Below, piece by piece: positions 39,482-53,625 of a DNA stretch of 64,000 nt. This stretch comes from Octopus vulgaris (Eukaryota). A program made the position numbers and the translations under genes. Positions within the stretch are counted from its first letter, which is position 1. Every line of letters begins with the position of its first letter. Location of the stretch: assembly GCA_951406725.2 (NCBI GenBank), contig OX597825.1:10292001-10356000 (forward strand), read 5' to 3'. The notes under the pieces were generated by a model. The model saw only the letters and a list, made by a program, of their open reading frames with translations. It had not been told where the DNA came from and made no database searches.

Positions 39482-40644
39482 ACCAATTAAACACTAGGAT
39501 CGATGTTAATGTTTTAATCCTTCCTCGAATTTGGTGGCCTTTTGCCAAAATTTGAAACCATTATTATAGTTGTTGACGATGATCGTGATGATGAGGATGA
39601 CGACGACGACAAGGAGGCGGAGGAGGAGGTGGAGGAGCAGGTGGAGGACATTATTATTATGCCTGTTGTTGTTAATATTATTATATGTTCATGAGTCTGT
39701 AAGTAAATATATGAGGATATCAATTTGCTCACACATGTATATCGAAATAATTATGAATGAGACAGTGTGTGTCATTGGGCGGGTAAAGGGTCAACATATG
39801 CTACGCTGGCGTTGATGCCAATAATAAATGAAGAGATGTGGGTGTATCGATATGAGAACCAATTTACTTTGAGTGAAATGAATGGAACAAAACTTCTCCA
39901 GGTGTAAAGGCCGGGGATTTGGTTCCATTGACAGTGAACTAATTCTGACAACGAAAGCAGAGATTCATGCCTTTTGGAGAATGTGACTGAGATTACATTT
40001 GTGTTAGACTAATCACATAATTGGCTAATCAAGCTGTGTAAGGAAATATTATCTTCAGTGGCAAGTTTGTAATCATTAGGTACGACTTTAGGAGTAAAAT
40101 AGATGTACTAAGGTTGTAACTTTTCAGAGAGCGAGAGAGAGAGAGAGCTCTGTAAGAAATATAGCTATTATATACGTGCGTATGTTTAAGATGTTAGAAT
40201 TCTACGTATTACTAACCTTCGGGGAATTTCTCGGGACTTTACAAGTAAATAGATTTTGGAACTTTAAAGTAGCAGCTTGATTATAATTGCAAGATCTGTT
40301 GAACAAATGCACATATGGGAGTGTCTGATCAAAATTTTAGAATACAGGTTGCAGAATTTAGCTTTATCTTTCAGAATTTTAGCAAATTTCACTCTTTTAA
40401 TATAACCTTCATAAAGCTCAGTAGATTTTGCTAATTTGTTCCATGGGTAATGAAGTATTTTTAGATTCATTGCTTCCTTTAAGTGAAATTTGGTTTTGCA
40501 ACAAAGTTTTCGAAGTCTAGTTTTATCTTGCAGTGTTTGAATACACTTTATACGGTCTCACTGCGCAGCCGCAGGATAATTTCTGGAAATGTTAATCCAT
40601 TATCATGACTATATTTAGTTGTGTTATGTAGGCGTCAGTGTATA

Positions 40645-40875
40645 GGCGGCGAGCTGGCAGAAACGGTAGCGCACCGGACGAAACGCTTCGAGGTATTTCG
40701 TCTGTCGTTACGTTCTGAGTTCAAATTCCGCCGAGGTCGACTTTGCCTTTCATCCTTTCGGTGTCGATAAATAAAGTACCAGTTTCGCACTGGGGTCGAT
40801 GTAATCGACTTAATCCGTTTGTCTGTCCTTGTTTGCCCCCTCTATGTTTAGCCCCTTGTGGGCAGTAAAGAAATA
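40645..40875 (+). mobile_element. Full-length SINE-A monomer
   Basis: Family A; diverged TSD TATRTAGGYGWCAGTGTWTAG on both sides. Confidence 0.9.
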
Positions 40876-41951
40876 TATATATAGGTGACAGTGTTTAGAA
40901 ATTTGTGTTCTGCGTAATTTTAGAATTTGTATACGATTTAGCCTAACACTCAGGTTAGAAAGAATTGAGAAAGAATGCAATAAAGGTAGTAATTTAAAGG
41001 AAAATATGCCAGCATAAACCTAGTTAAAAACATATTTCAATTGTCACAAACATTGTCTAAACAGTTTTAAGTTTCACTGTTGGGAAATCTTAAGTATAAA
41101 AGCTTTGTAAAACATGCAATTATGACTCATCTGATAGCGTCGCCATGCTTGACAAACATATTTGACGGTGAAAAATGTTCACACAATTCTAAACAGATTC
41201 ACAGACAAGTAACTGATTTTTATGTCCATCTTCCTCTGCATTTTCTCAAGTGGTTTCCTCTAAACTAAAAATGTGTGATCTCAATCTCACATTTCAATAT
41301 TCGATCAATCTCATGATGGCTGACTTATGCAGGGCCTTATTTTCAATTTACGCAGATAATTAAATGTTCAACAAAAGGAACAGTTATTTTTGGTAATGTT
41401 ATTGATGAGGAAGTTTTGGAAATCTCAGAACGCAACAATATTACACTCAATAAAAGTACAGATGTACCTACAAAGGCAAGAAATTGCTATAATATTTATT
41501 ATACATTAACAAGAAGACAGGTGACAAAGACTTCGACGTTTCGGTCTTTTGTCCTTCGTAGGACTTGTTATACCTACATTTTCTAGATATGTAGAATTCC
41601 AGGAATTTTTCCACCCAGATTATATATTTCTTTACTACCCACAAGGTGCTAAACACAGAGGGGACAAACAAGGACAGACAAACGGATTAAGTCGATTGCA
41701 TCGACCCCAGTGCGTAACTGGTGCTTAATTTATCGACCCCGAAAGGATGAAAGGCAAAGTCGTATAAATAGATTTTACATTATACTCCGTTATAAATACA
41801 GTTTACTCTATACGCCATGGTTATCATCGATAAATTGATAAAATGTCCACTCAAATTAATAAATGGCCAACACTTGCCTTATTTTTTTACATCAGTGATA
41901 TTAGAAATGCCTCTGTTTCTTTTCAGCTCTTGCAATACGAAGAGTATTATA

Positions 41952-43232
41952 TTGGGTTGAGGAATAATTCATGAACTTTTTTTTTCAAATTTATTTTAAA
42001 CAAAGAACCTACAACAAATTAATCAATAATATTCTCTCCGTTGTTGTTTACGACTTCCTCCCATCGTTCAATAAGTCTTTCGATGCCTCGGCCATAAAAA
42101 TCTCCCGGTTTTGACTCAAAGAATTCGTCCAACCAAGTCCTCAATTCCCCGTCATTATTGAACGATAAACCGCACAATGCATTCGAACGCGGTCGAAAGA
42201 GATAAAAATCTGACTCTGCCAAATCTGGAGAGTATGGAGTATGAGGCAGCGTTTCCCATTCGAGTTCTTAAATCGCGGCTTTGGTCATATTGGCGATGTG
42301 AGAGACGGGCAATGTCGTGTTGCAAAAGAATGCCATTTCGCCTGTTCGGTCTTTTTTGTTGAATTGCTTCGTTGTGTCTGTGAGTTGTTGAACGTAGAGC
42401 GCCACATTCAGTGTTTGGTTGCGCTCAAGCAGTTCGTAATGAATTATGCCCTCCCAGTCCAACCACACACACAACATGGTCTTTCGAGGATGAAGGACTT
42501 GTTTTGCTCGCGGAGTCGCTTGTTTGTCGGAGCTGAGCCATTCTTTTCGCTGTTTCATATTGACGAAAAGGCAGCCTATGTCATCGCCAATGACAATGCG
42601 ATGAAGAAAACGCTGTTTGTGACCATGCGTTGAGCGATGTCGAGCGAGCAAACTGGCGGCGAATTGTGGAGTGTCAATTTTTGTTGTATCTCTCAAAGTG
42701 TGTGGTGCCCAAGGGCTGAGTTTCTGAACCTTGCCCATTGAGTGAAGGTGTTTCACCACAGTTTTTCCACCACAATCCATCTACTCCGCTAATTCTCTGG
42801 TCGCTTGACGTGGATTTTCGTGAAGTTGATTCAATCGCTCTTCATCGAACTCAATTGGTCGACTGGTGTGTGATCCATCCTCGAGGTCAAAGTTTCCATT
42901 TTTGAGACTTGAAAACCAACGGCGGGCGGTACTTTGAGACATTTCCCCTTCTCTATACACAGCACAAATCTCACAAGCAGCTTCGGCGGCCTTAACACCT
43001 CAATCAAAGGCAATGGTGTCGAAAATGCTCAGTTTTGTCCACTTGACATTCATTCCACTTTAATGATCGGAAATACACAAAAATCAATAAAATAAAAAAA
43101 TAAAAACACACTAACTTGTAGAGCAAAACATTCTCTTTTAAATAACATAAAACATTTTGCCAATGCGTTTTATTTCTGCGTGTATTTTTAAATTTGAAAA
43201 AAAAAGCACTCATGAATTATTCTTCAATCCAA
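41952..43232 (-). mobile_element. Full-length (~1.28 kb) mariner DNA transposon, inactive
   Basis: TIRs TTGGGTTGAGGAATAATTCATGA (41952-41974) and TCATGAATTATTCTTCAATCCAA (43210-43232); TA on the left flank. Confidence 0.93.
42019..43056 (-). pseudogene. Mariner DD34D transposase pseudogene (frameshifted)
   Basis: EHFRH, WAPHTL (WVPHEL), FLHRIVIGD, LHPRKTMLCVWLDWEGIIHYELL, YSPDLAESDFYLFR, GIERLIERWEEVVNNNGE. Confidence 0.92.
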
Positions 43233-43730
43233 CAGAATCGAAGCGTAAAAACATAATTTGAATTTTTAAATTTTACTTTTCTCTCTGAAAAGGAAACACA
43301 TTTAATGTTTCAAGCTGAGAGCCTCAGGATTAGAAGATAATAATAGGCGAGTTACCATAGTATATTTTATTAACAACAAGAATCCTCGATGCTGAAGGTA
43401 TATCGTAATTTAACATGTATGATCTTCCAATTTGCTTGCTACTATGTGATTTATCTCCTGCAACAAGAATCCTATCTAAACTGAAGCAAGTAATTATTGA
43501 GACGGCTTTTATCATCTAGTATGTTCATTAACTTTCAGCTTTTTGATGTGTCAGATCCAGGAAGTATGCTTGAAGATAGCCATATCCAATGCCATTGACC
43601 ACGAGATTTACTAATATCATCGAGGAAACAAAGATATCAATGGAGAACAGAAAGAATTAGAACCAACCAGCTAAAAACTTGTATTATTATTTTTTTTAAA
43701 AGAAAAATATGGAGATAAATTTCATACTAT

Positions 43731-44142
43731 ACTCTTTACTCTTTTACTCTTTTACTTGTTTCAGTCATTTGACTGCGGCCATGCTGGAGCACCGCCTTTA
43801 ATCGAGCAACTCGACCCCGGGACTTATTCTTTTGTAAGCCCAGTACTTATTCTATCGGTCTCTTTTGCCGAACCGCTAAGTAACGGGGACGTAAACACAC
43901 CAGCATCGATTGTCAAGCAATGCTAGGGGACAAACACAGACACACAAACACACACACGCATATATATATATACATATATACGACGGGCTTCTTTCAGTTT
44001 CCGTCTACCAAATTCACTCACAAGGCATTGGTCGGCCCGAGGCTATAGTAGAAGACACTTGCCCAGGTGCCACGCAGTGGGACTGAACCCGGAACCATGT
44101 GGTTGGTTAGCAAGCTATTTACCACACAGCCACTCCTGCGCC
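43731..44142 (-). mobile_element. Full-length SINE-B with (AAAGAGT)n-type tail
   Basis: Reverse complement of the 39220 copy, extended through CCAGCATGGCCGCAGTCAAATGACTGAAAC to the tail. Confidence 0.92.
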
Positions 44143-44319
44143 TATATGGAAATTAATGTTTAATAAGTTTTCCGATGCCTCGGCGATAGAAAGCTTTCGG
44201 TATGATTTGCTGTAGCCCATCTTTTATACCAAGACAAAATAATGTGCATGATAACACTTCCAATCAGTTAAGATCAGAAGCCATGAGAGCCACTGCATCA
44301 GGGCATTTATTATTATTAT

Positions 44320-44696
44320 TTTGTGTTTGACTTTTGCTTTGGATTTGTATAAGTTGGCTCCAAGTCTCACCCAGAGACTTCAAGAGACAACAAGTTGGTA
44401 GTTCATGTTGGTGTTATGCCTAGGGTGCCATTTGGTTTTGTACATAGTGTTGTTCTAAAGAATGTTTAAGAAACCATAAGAAAATTATGTGTTTGTTTTA
44501 AAACTTGAGATTACATAGAAAGTAATTTGCATAGGATATGGGCATTTCCCATGAGCACTATCTTTTGAATTTCTGCCATTTTGGGGTTTCCTAGTATCTG
44601 AGCTAGGTAGCAATCAGCCCCTTTTGCTATCATTTCCAGGGCACCTATGACAACAGGTATTGTTTTAGTCTTCAGGTTCCACATTTTGCTAAATTC

Positions 44697-44697
<1 letters not shown>
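44320..44697 (-). mobile_element. R4/Dong-like LINE 3' fragment bounded by (TTA)n on both sides
   Basis: Reverse complement of 52760-53150 (SKMWNLKTKTIPVVIGALGMIAKG...AEIQKIVLMG). Confidence 0.88.
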
Positions 44698-44757
<60 letters not shown>

Positions 44758-44883
44758 GAGTGAGAGAGCAGTGCATGCCATCAAAGTGACACTGGGGTAA
44801 AATATACGAAGCCCAGTATACCCATCATGACTACCCGTCTGATAAGGGTACACTAGGAACTATTATTATTATATTTTTTTTTA

Positions 44884-44919
<36 letters not shown>

Positions 44920-44924
44920 TCTAC

Positions 44925-44971
<47 letters not shown>

Positions 44972-45321
44972 TAAACTCTTACTTGGCCATTCTAAAGCAT
45001 CTATACGCTGTAGTAGTCGAAGTCACTAGTAGTAGACGAAAATGAAACTTAATTTTCGCAAGCAGCCACCGGTAATTACAGAACCTTTCAATTAGCAAAA
45101 CAGAAAACATATACATTGAAAATAACTTGCGATAAAGACGTAAAAATAGTTAAACTACTCACACCAGAAATTTCGAAATGGTTTACAGAACAGAAAAAAT
45201 AATAAAATAAAGAACAATTCAGTTTAATGAGAAGCAATATAAATATGGATCAGGTCGTTGCTCTTCTCTGCTTCATATTGGTGTGTGCGTGTGTGTGTGT
45301 GTGTGTGTGAATACATATATG

Positions 45322-45959
<638 letters not shown>

Positions 45960-45963
45960 TATA

Positions 45964-46007
<44 letters not shown>

Positions 46008-46204
46008 GTTACCAATATCATTTTGTGCTGAAAAAACCAAGTGGTTAATATATTTATTATATAACTAAATCATAGTAATGATGGTGGCTCTCGTGGCTGC
46101 TGATCTAAATTGATCGGAGCCTCTTGCCGAACCGCGTAATTTCAGGGACATAAACATACAAACATCGGTTGTCAAGCGATGATAGGACAAAAACAGATAC
46201 TGAG

Positions 46205-46292
<88 letters not shown>

Positions 46293-46688
46293 CGGGCTTC
46301 TTTTCAGTTTCCGTCTATCAAATCCGCTCACAAGGCATGAGGCGATAGTAGAAGACACTCGCCTAAGGTGCCACGCGGTGGGACTGAATCTGGAACCATG
46401 TTGTTGGGAAGTAAGCTTCTTACCACACATACATACATGCATACATGCATATATATATATACATATGTGTTTAGATAGATATATAGATAGATATACAGAC
46501 AGACAGACAAATAGATAATCAACTTTAGCCAGACCGAACATAGAAATAACAGACATTTCGAAAGTTAATTCATCATTTGTATGAAAGTATTGCTTTTGCA
46601 ATAACCATAACAACTTTATTGGTCGAGATTACTTATTACATTCCTTTATCTACGATCACCGATATTCCTCTCTTTGTCTCAATAAATC

Positions 46689-46811
<123 letters not shown>

Positions 46812-46859
46812 CATATACATATATATATATATACATATATATATATACACATATATATA

Positions 46860-46898
<39 letters not shown>

Positions 46899-47018
46899 TA
46901 TATACATATATATATATACATATATATATATACATACATATATATATACATATATATATATACATATATATATGTATATGTATATATGTACATATGTATG
47001 TATATATATATAAATGCC

Positions 47019-47061
<43 letters not shown>

Positions 47062-47621
47062 ATATATATATATACATATATATATGTTTATATATGTAGA
47101 TGTATATGGACATATACGTATATATATATGTACATATATATGCGTGGTGGTGTGGGGGTGTATACTTACACACACTTGCACGTGCATACGCTAACATCAG
47201 ACTTCTACGTATATACGTATATATACATTCATAGACACTTGCTCACACACACAACTGTGTGTGTAAGGTATGTGTGTGTGTGTGTGTGTTGCTTTTCTTG
47301 CTGTTGTTGTTGTTGTTGTTAATTGGCGATTTCTTCTTGTTAGTTTGAGCAAACATCATGGACGACAAAATTAGGCGTAACACACAGCTGTATGCACACG
47401 TATATGGAAATACTTGACCATGCGTGAATGAATTTGTGTATAACACACACACACATCGTGGCGCATATTTGCCATTTGAATATGGCTAACCCCTAAGGGT
47501 GGATGCTACTGTAGTTTGTAACCTCAGGAAGATATCTCCTCCAGCTGGCTATAGACACACTATCTGTGCCCTATCAGTATTTGTGAAGGGAAGTCATCCT
47601 TCCCGTCTTCAACTTATGATA

Positions 47622-47666
47622 CACACGGACTCGAGTTTCAAGGTGTTTACCTATCATCAGCGTGTG
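47622..47666 (-). ncRNA. Type I hammerhead ribozyme motif, canonical core, inside a ~280-bp element (47457-47734) bounded by ACACACACACAT
   Basis: CACACG-CUGAUGA-U-AGGU-AAAC-ACCU-U-GAA-ACUCGAGU-C-CGUGUG; 6-bp helix I, 4-bp helix II, palindromic helix III, GUC triplet. Confidence 0.85.
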
Positions 47667-47757
47667 ACAATCATAGTTGTCGACGAGAATTCAGTTTCCC
47701 TCACAAATACATATACTTTTTCCAGTGTCGATTGACACACACACATAAACGTATATA

Positions 47758-47992
47758 CAGGTTTGACGAAAAGTCACCTGACAGTAAATCAAAACCATTT
47801 AATTCTAAGATTTATTTATGCTTAACAACTGAATGAATTTAATAAAAGCATCTAAATATGAAACATCATGGAGATTGTTCAAAGTGAAGTCTTTCTTGAG
47901 CGACACATTTTTTTTCAAATGAATAAATAAAATTGAATATTAAGTATTTCTGGAATTTTGATTTATTATCAGGTGACTTTTGGCCAACCCTG
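47758..47992. mobile_element. Tc1/mariner-type MITE (235 bp)
   Basis: TA|CAGGTTTGACGAAAAGTCACCTGACAGTAAATCAAAA ... TTTTGATTTATTATCAGGTGACTTTTGGCCAACCCTG|TA. Confidence 0.88.
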
Positions 47993-48091
<99 letters not shown>

Positions 48092-49149
48092 AAGATAAAA
48101 CTTACTTGGAAAAGGATGCGTGGCGTTCGATCATATAATAATGTAAATAATATATAAATATATGCATATATACATACATATATGTACATACCTACATCTA
48201 TATGTATATATACATGCATATATGGGAACAGGACATCAAAAAAACGTTGAACACAATGAGAAACGAAAACATAAAAACAAAGAAACTTTTGTTTGTTTTT
48301 TTAACACGAAAACCTGAGTACAAGACATACAACAGAAGGAATATTTCCCTTCTTCAGTTGTCCTTGTTTCGTCTACTCCGCGTTTTCGAAGGTAAGGACA
48401 AGATGCGACTACGTTAAAAGAGTCCTTCTGTTATTATTTATATTATTATTATCGTCGTCGTCGTCGTCGTGCGTAAAAGACATCGTTTTGAAGCTTGTAA
48501 GTAGTTATAGAATTTTGATGTTCTGAAGAAAGTTAGTTTGGTGTTTTTTGTAGTATTTTGTTGCGCCACCAACATACTATGGTGGGGTTAGTTGACCGAC
48601 TTTGTGATATATTTAGTATATTTCTCCATCCTTTCGTAATAATTCTCATCGCCTCTAACATTTGTTAGAGGAGTGTGATCAGAGATTGGAAGAGCCGTTT
48701 TGACGCTGCTTTTCACCCTTTTAAAACAATGTGCCACACGGTCACCCACCACTTGTGCCGACGAAAGTAACAACAATAACAACAACAATAACCATAACAA
48801 CAGCAAGGCAAATGAACAAGAACAACGACAACTAGGAAAGTAGAAGCAACGATAACAACGAAAACAACAGTAACAACAGCAACAACGAAAACGTAGAACA
48901 CAAAAACAAAAAAAAAATTAATTTTCTCTCAGCACGCAACAGCAGCAGCAGCACCAATGGCAGCAGCTTTATTGCCAAAATTACCTCCGCCACCACCACC
49001 GTCACTGATGTCAACACCAAAAGATTAAGACAAGGCAACTTGCGAATCTAGCGTTGAAGGTTCACCAAAGCCGTCCGTATAATAATACCATGCAGCTGCA
49101 ACAGCAACAATAGCAGCAACTTCATTACTAAAACCTCTGAAACAAGCAT

Positions 49150-49730
49150 TGCTGACTTGTAGGTTTATGTCAAACACATACTATTCTGAGTAAGATCGAT
49201 CCGGTTGTGAAGGTTCTGAGTCCATTGTGAAGGTCATACAGCCACCATTTTGGCCAGGATGAAAAGGCATTGTTCATCTATCTGATGGCCTTAGCAAAAG
49301 AGGTTTTATGGTGGACAAGACTGAAAACCCGATTTGGCCAAACCCTCATCATATTTTTAAGTTTCACTTGCAAAGGAAAGTGAAGATAAAAAGGAAGTGC
49401 TGCTTCCTGTCAAATTCGTTGGAAAGCAGATGAGACTGTCACGGACTGTTCCAGTGGACCGGCCTGCTTGGAGCATGCTCCAGTAGGCTTAGGAAAGGTA
49501 ATAGTAAAACGACGCTTGCCCTAGTGGTGCGGGCGACGGTGATTTAGTGGTGGGGTTCCACGGACAGTCCTCGGAAATCTCCCTCCTTTGGTAGAATTTG
49601 TTGGCGTTTTTGTTTCCTTGTTTTCGTTATCTTACTGTTTACACACGTTTTATGTAATGCTACATTGTATTACATATAACATCGGGTATCGTCTTGTACC
49701 ATCCTCGAGCATTTGGCAACCCTGTTTGCA
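49150..49730 (+). mobile_element. L1/Tx1-like LINE ORF2 C-terminus plus 3' UTR, degenerate
   Basis: SESIVK...ALFIYLMALAKEVLWWTRLK...GQTLI...RKVKI; homologous to 58272-58616 on the opposite strand; clade assigned from recall. Confidence 0.6.
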
Positions 49731-50958
49731 AACACTTAATGGTTGTAACTAGATTGTAACTAGTAGAGAGGTGGTGAGCTGGCTGAATCGGCAGCTCATT
49801 GGACAAAATATTTAGCGGCATTTCTTCCAGATCTTTTCGTCAAGATTTTAAATTCCGTTGAGGTCGAGCTCGCCTTTCATCCATTCAAGGTTGATAAAAT
49901 AAGTACAAGTTGAGCAAAGAGGTCGATGGAATACACTAAATAGCCTCTTCCTAAAATTGCTAGCTTTGTGCCAAACTTTTAAACTATTATTATGATTATC
50001 TTCATTATTGCTGTTGTTGTTGTTGTTTCGTCTTTCTTCTGTTGTTGTCTTTGTTATTTTTGCAGAAATGATTTCACGCGAATCAAGCCATTCGCAATCA
50101 GAAACAATTTATTTTTGCGGCAACCATTTACAAAATTATTAATCGTTGTTGGTTTTTGCGGTAATTTTCAGAGTGTACCATTCATAAGAATGCGTCAATT
50201 GCTCGTTAAAAGTTATCTATGTACTGAAGCACCACGAAAACAGAATTCCCATCACAAAGACTTTATCAGAATACTAAAACCAAAAACAACCCCAAGCATA
50301 ATAAACGTGTCTGCCGTATTGTCTCTGGTTCTCTTAATCTTCGATACATGTCCGCCTCTACACTACACTGCCCTCCTTTGTTCTCTCTCTTATCTGACTA
50401 TATAGCTTCCTTATCTTCTGTCTAGTTCCCTTCATACATAATCGATCTTATTTTACTCTCTATCTCTCCATCTATCTTTCTCTATTGCTGTCTCTTTTGC
50501 TTTACGTACGTACATTTATACTATACTTAAATACATTTTTAGACCATACCGTTATGCCAATAATAATTGGTGCACTTAATTATGTTGCTAAATGCCTAAG
50601 TAACAGTCTGAAAAAAATGGGGTTTTCAGAGAAAAAAAAACCAACCAACAGGCACATTAAAAATACGATTTGTAAGTGGAAGAATAAAAACATGCAAGAC
50701 TTTCTTCATGTTCAAGAAGCCTATAGAATAAGTACCCGTCTTAAAAGAAAAGCGTCGATTTACTGGGGTCGATTTACTCGACTAAAACCCTTCAAGGTTG
50801 TGTCCCAGCATGGCCGAAGTTCAATGACCATTCTGTCTAAATAATGGAACTGCAGATACAATATCCCTGCATATCTAACCTCTGTTCTCATTCCTCCACT
50901 TCACTCTGTATATCATATCTTATCTAGAATAATTATTGCTTAATCCTTTTCTCACACC

Positions 50959-51006
50959 GTCTCCGATGACGGGATGTATAAAATATCCCGGAAACTGCTG
51001 TAAGAC
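50959..51006 (+). ncRNA. Hammerhead ribozyme motif (CCGAUGA core variant)
   Basis: GUCU-CCGAUGA-CGGGAUGU-AUAAA-AUAUCCCG-GAA-AC-UGCU-GU-A-AGAC; 8-bp helix II, 4-bp helix I. Confidence 0.7.
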
Positions 51007-51311
51007 CTTCTCTTTATAAATGTTCTGAAATCTTTTCACAGCCTTGGGTTTTTATCTCATTCTGTTAACTTTTTTATATATATACCCATGGTGATATATG
51101 ATCTACGATGGACACCTCATTCGCATAATCACCGAACCTGGAGCTTAACTATAGTCTGTCCATAGCACTTACTCAGCTTTGCCTGACACCTTTGGGTCTT
51201 CTTGACACCATTACCTCTCATAACCTATATATATAACACCAGTCGTTTTTTTTTTCTCCATCTCTTGTTGCCCACTTTGGGATCTTTCTTTCCTCTCTCT
51301 TCCTTCTTTAT

Positions 51312-51346
51312 GTTTCCGACGAAGAGCTCCGCTCGAAACGTCATAC
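51312..51346 (+). ncRNA. Minimal hammerhead-like motif (CCGACGA core), same family as 11457
   Basis: GUUU-CCGACGA-A-GAGC-UCC-GCUC-GAA-ACGU-C-AUAC; downstream sequence resembles 11500-11790. Confidence 0.55.
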
Positions 51347-51594
51347 CTTCCTGCTTCCATATTTCCTGAGCGCCTATTAATAATAATACTGTAATTGTTC
51401 CACGTGTTGTTGTTTTTTTGTTTTCCCGTTTGGATTAAAATTATATATATATATATATATATATTGTATATAATTAATTTGTTCAAAGGAAAAAAATTAT
51501 TTTCGAATTCTTTTCTTTTATGAGGTTTTCACGCTAACTACCCGATAATTTCTTGTTAAGATTCCTTATTAAGAGGTTATCCTCAATTGTTAAA

Positions 51595-51647
<53 letters not shown>

Positions 51648-51651
<4 letters not shown>

Positions 51652-51775
51652 ATATGTTACATTTACTCAATAGTCAGGATAAAACTCTGAGTTTCAGATG
51701 CCGTAGTGGAAATCCACAACACCATCTCTTCGGTTATCTGGCCATCTGACTATTGAGTAAATGTAACATATTATT
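51648..51775 (-). ncRNA. Hammerhead-like motif (51678-51738) enclosed by a perfect 30-bp inverted repeat
   Basis: IR AATAATATGTTACATTTACTCAATAGTCAG at 51648-51677 and 51746-51775; minus strand GAUAA-CCGAAGA-GAUG..GUGG AUUU CCAC..CAUC-U-GAA-ACUCAGAGU-U-UUAUC. Confidence 0.6.
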
Positions 51776-51846
51776 TTATAGATAAATTTCCTCTATTTAC
51801 ATAATATTGAGGTCTCTTTCTTTCTTTTGTTATCTTACCGTTTTTA

Positions 51847-51902
<56 letters not shown>

Positions 51903-52608
51903 CAGATAGATAGATAATCGTTGATTTCTGGTGTTTTCCTTGACACAACTCTACAATTTTTCAACAGATGTTTGTCAAAATTTGGTTAGATATCCGAAAA
52001 TTATTACCAGAAAAATGCATGAGGAAAAAACGGGATCAAAAATCTCCATTGAAACATTTGTATATTTCGCGACGTGTATGTTGAACAGGACACTAGAACA
52101 CACACACACATACACATACACACTCTCGCACTCTCTCTCTCGCTCTCTCTCACGCACACACCTTTCAGTTCGACATACTGTTACCACGACAATAGCTACA
52201 GTTGGTTAATTATATTATATATATACAAAGGCATTTTATTTCCATATCTTCAACAGACACCGAAATACTGAAGTCTAAAAAGTAACCAGGAATTAAATTA
52301 AGCTTTAAAAAAAAAATTCTTGCCACACATTCGATAAACGAAGCAACGCTATAGAAATACAAATTTCGAAACTAGATTTAGCTTCACCATTCCGCCGCTA
52401 TCTGACATCATTTCTTCATAATGTTTATAGTAATGTACGTATTTTTTTTCCAACTACAGTTTCCATTTCCTCATAAGTTTCTTAGTGACTCACGTATTGC
52501 ATGCGTTTTATTCAGAAAGAAAAGGACGTCCATTGAATAAATTGCTCGTGGTCGTTTCATTTCTATTTATTATTCAAATTACAACAACAACAACAACAAC
52601 AGCAACAG

Positions 52609-52660
<52 letters not shown>

Positions 52661-52671
52661 TGATGATGATG

Positions 52672-52726
<55 letters not shown>

Positions 52727-52730
<4 letters not shown>

Positions 52731-53150
52731 GAACAAATATAAAGATCTTGAAATAGAAATCAGCAAAATGTGGGACCTGAAGACTAAAACAATACCTGTT
52801 GTCATAGGTGCCCTGGGAATGATAGCGAAAGGGACTAATTGCTACCTAACTCAGATACCAGGAAACCCCAAAATGGCAGAAATTCAAAAGATAGTGCTCA
52901 TGGGAACTGCTCATATCCTACGCAAAATACTCTCTATGTAATCCCAAGGTTTAAAACAAACATTTTTTTTTAAATTTATGTATTAGACATTCACTAGTAC
53001 AACACCAAAAAAAAAACCCAAACTATATGGCACACTAAGCATAACAACAACGTGAACTTCCAACCTGTTGTCTCTTGAGGTCTCTGGGTGAGATTTGGAG
53101 CCAACTTGTACAGACATAAAGCAAAAGTCAAACATAGAATAATAATAATA
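52727..53150 (+). mobile_element. R4/Dong-like LINE 3' fragment in (TAA)n; a further diverged zinc-knuckle fragment lies at ~53290-53625
   Basis: LNKYKDLEIEISKMWDLKTKTIPVVIGALGMIAKG...LMGTAHILRKILSM*, then 3' UTR and TAATAATAA. Confidence 0.9.
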
Positions 53151-53625
53151 CGAGAAGGACAAACAAAAGATGATGTATTTGAAAAAAGAAAGTAAAGTTA
53201 TACGGAAAAGCATCCTTAGCTTATGATGAAAACCGAGACGGAAAGAGGCAGACATTTGGGATTAATTGAAGAAGGAAATTTTTAAAAAGGAGACAGAGGG
53301 ATTCATCACAGCAGTTCAGGATCACTCCCCTCGGGAGAAATAGTGTAAAACGTAGCGCAGGAGTTAATGTGTTGCCGTTGTACAGGTTGTGCGATGGACG
53401 AGAAACAGTGCCCCACATTGTAAGTGAATGTTCTAAAGTCGCACAGAAACAGTAAAAATCTTGGAAACATGATAATGTTGCAAAGATTATCTTGTGAGAA
53501 ACGTGTAATTAGTATGGACTCCCATCAGGACACAAATGGTTGTGAACATGCACCCGAAAAGGTGACTGAGAATGATAAGGTCAACTTTGGGGGGACTTAC
53601 CTATTCAAACGGATCGTGTCCTAGA

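Noticed and set aside
40260-41430. Second hAT transposase relic
   Set aside because: Resemblance is faint and too fragmented to support without a search.
41535-41562. Hammerhead-like GAAACGUC motif on minus; similar partial motifs near 4610-4670, 8124-8156, 48340-48430 and 53880-53925
   Set aside because: The core or helix I is too damaged to call; these may be relics but cannot be supported by eye.
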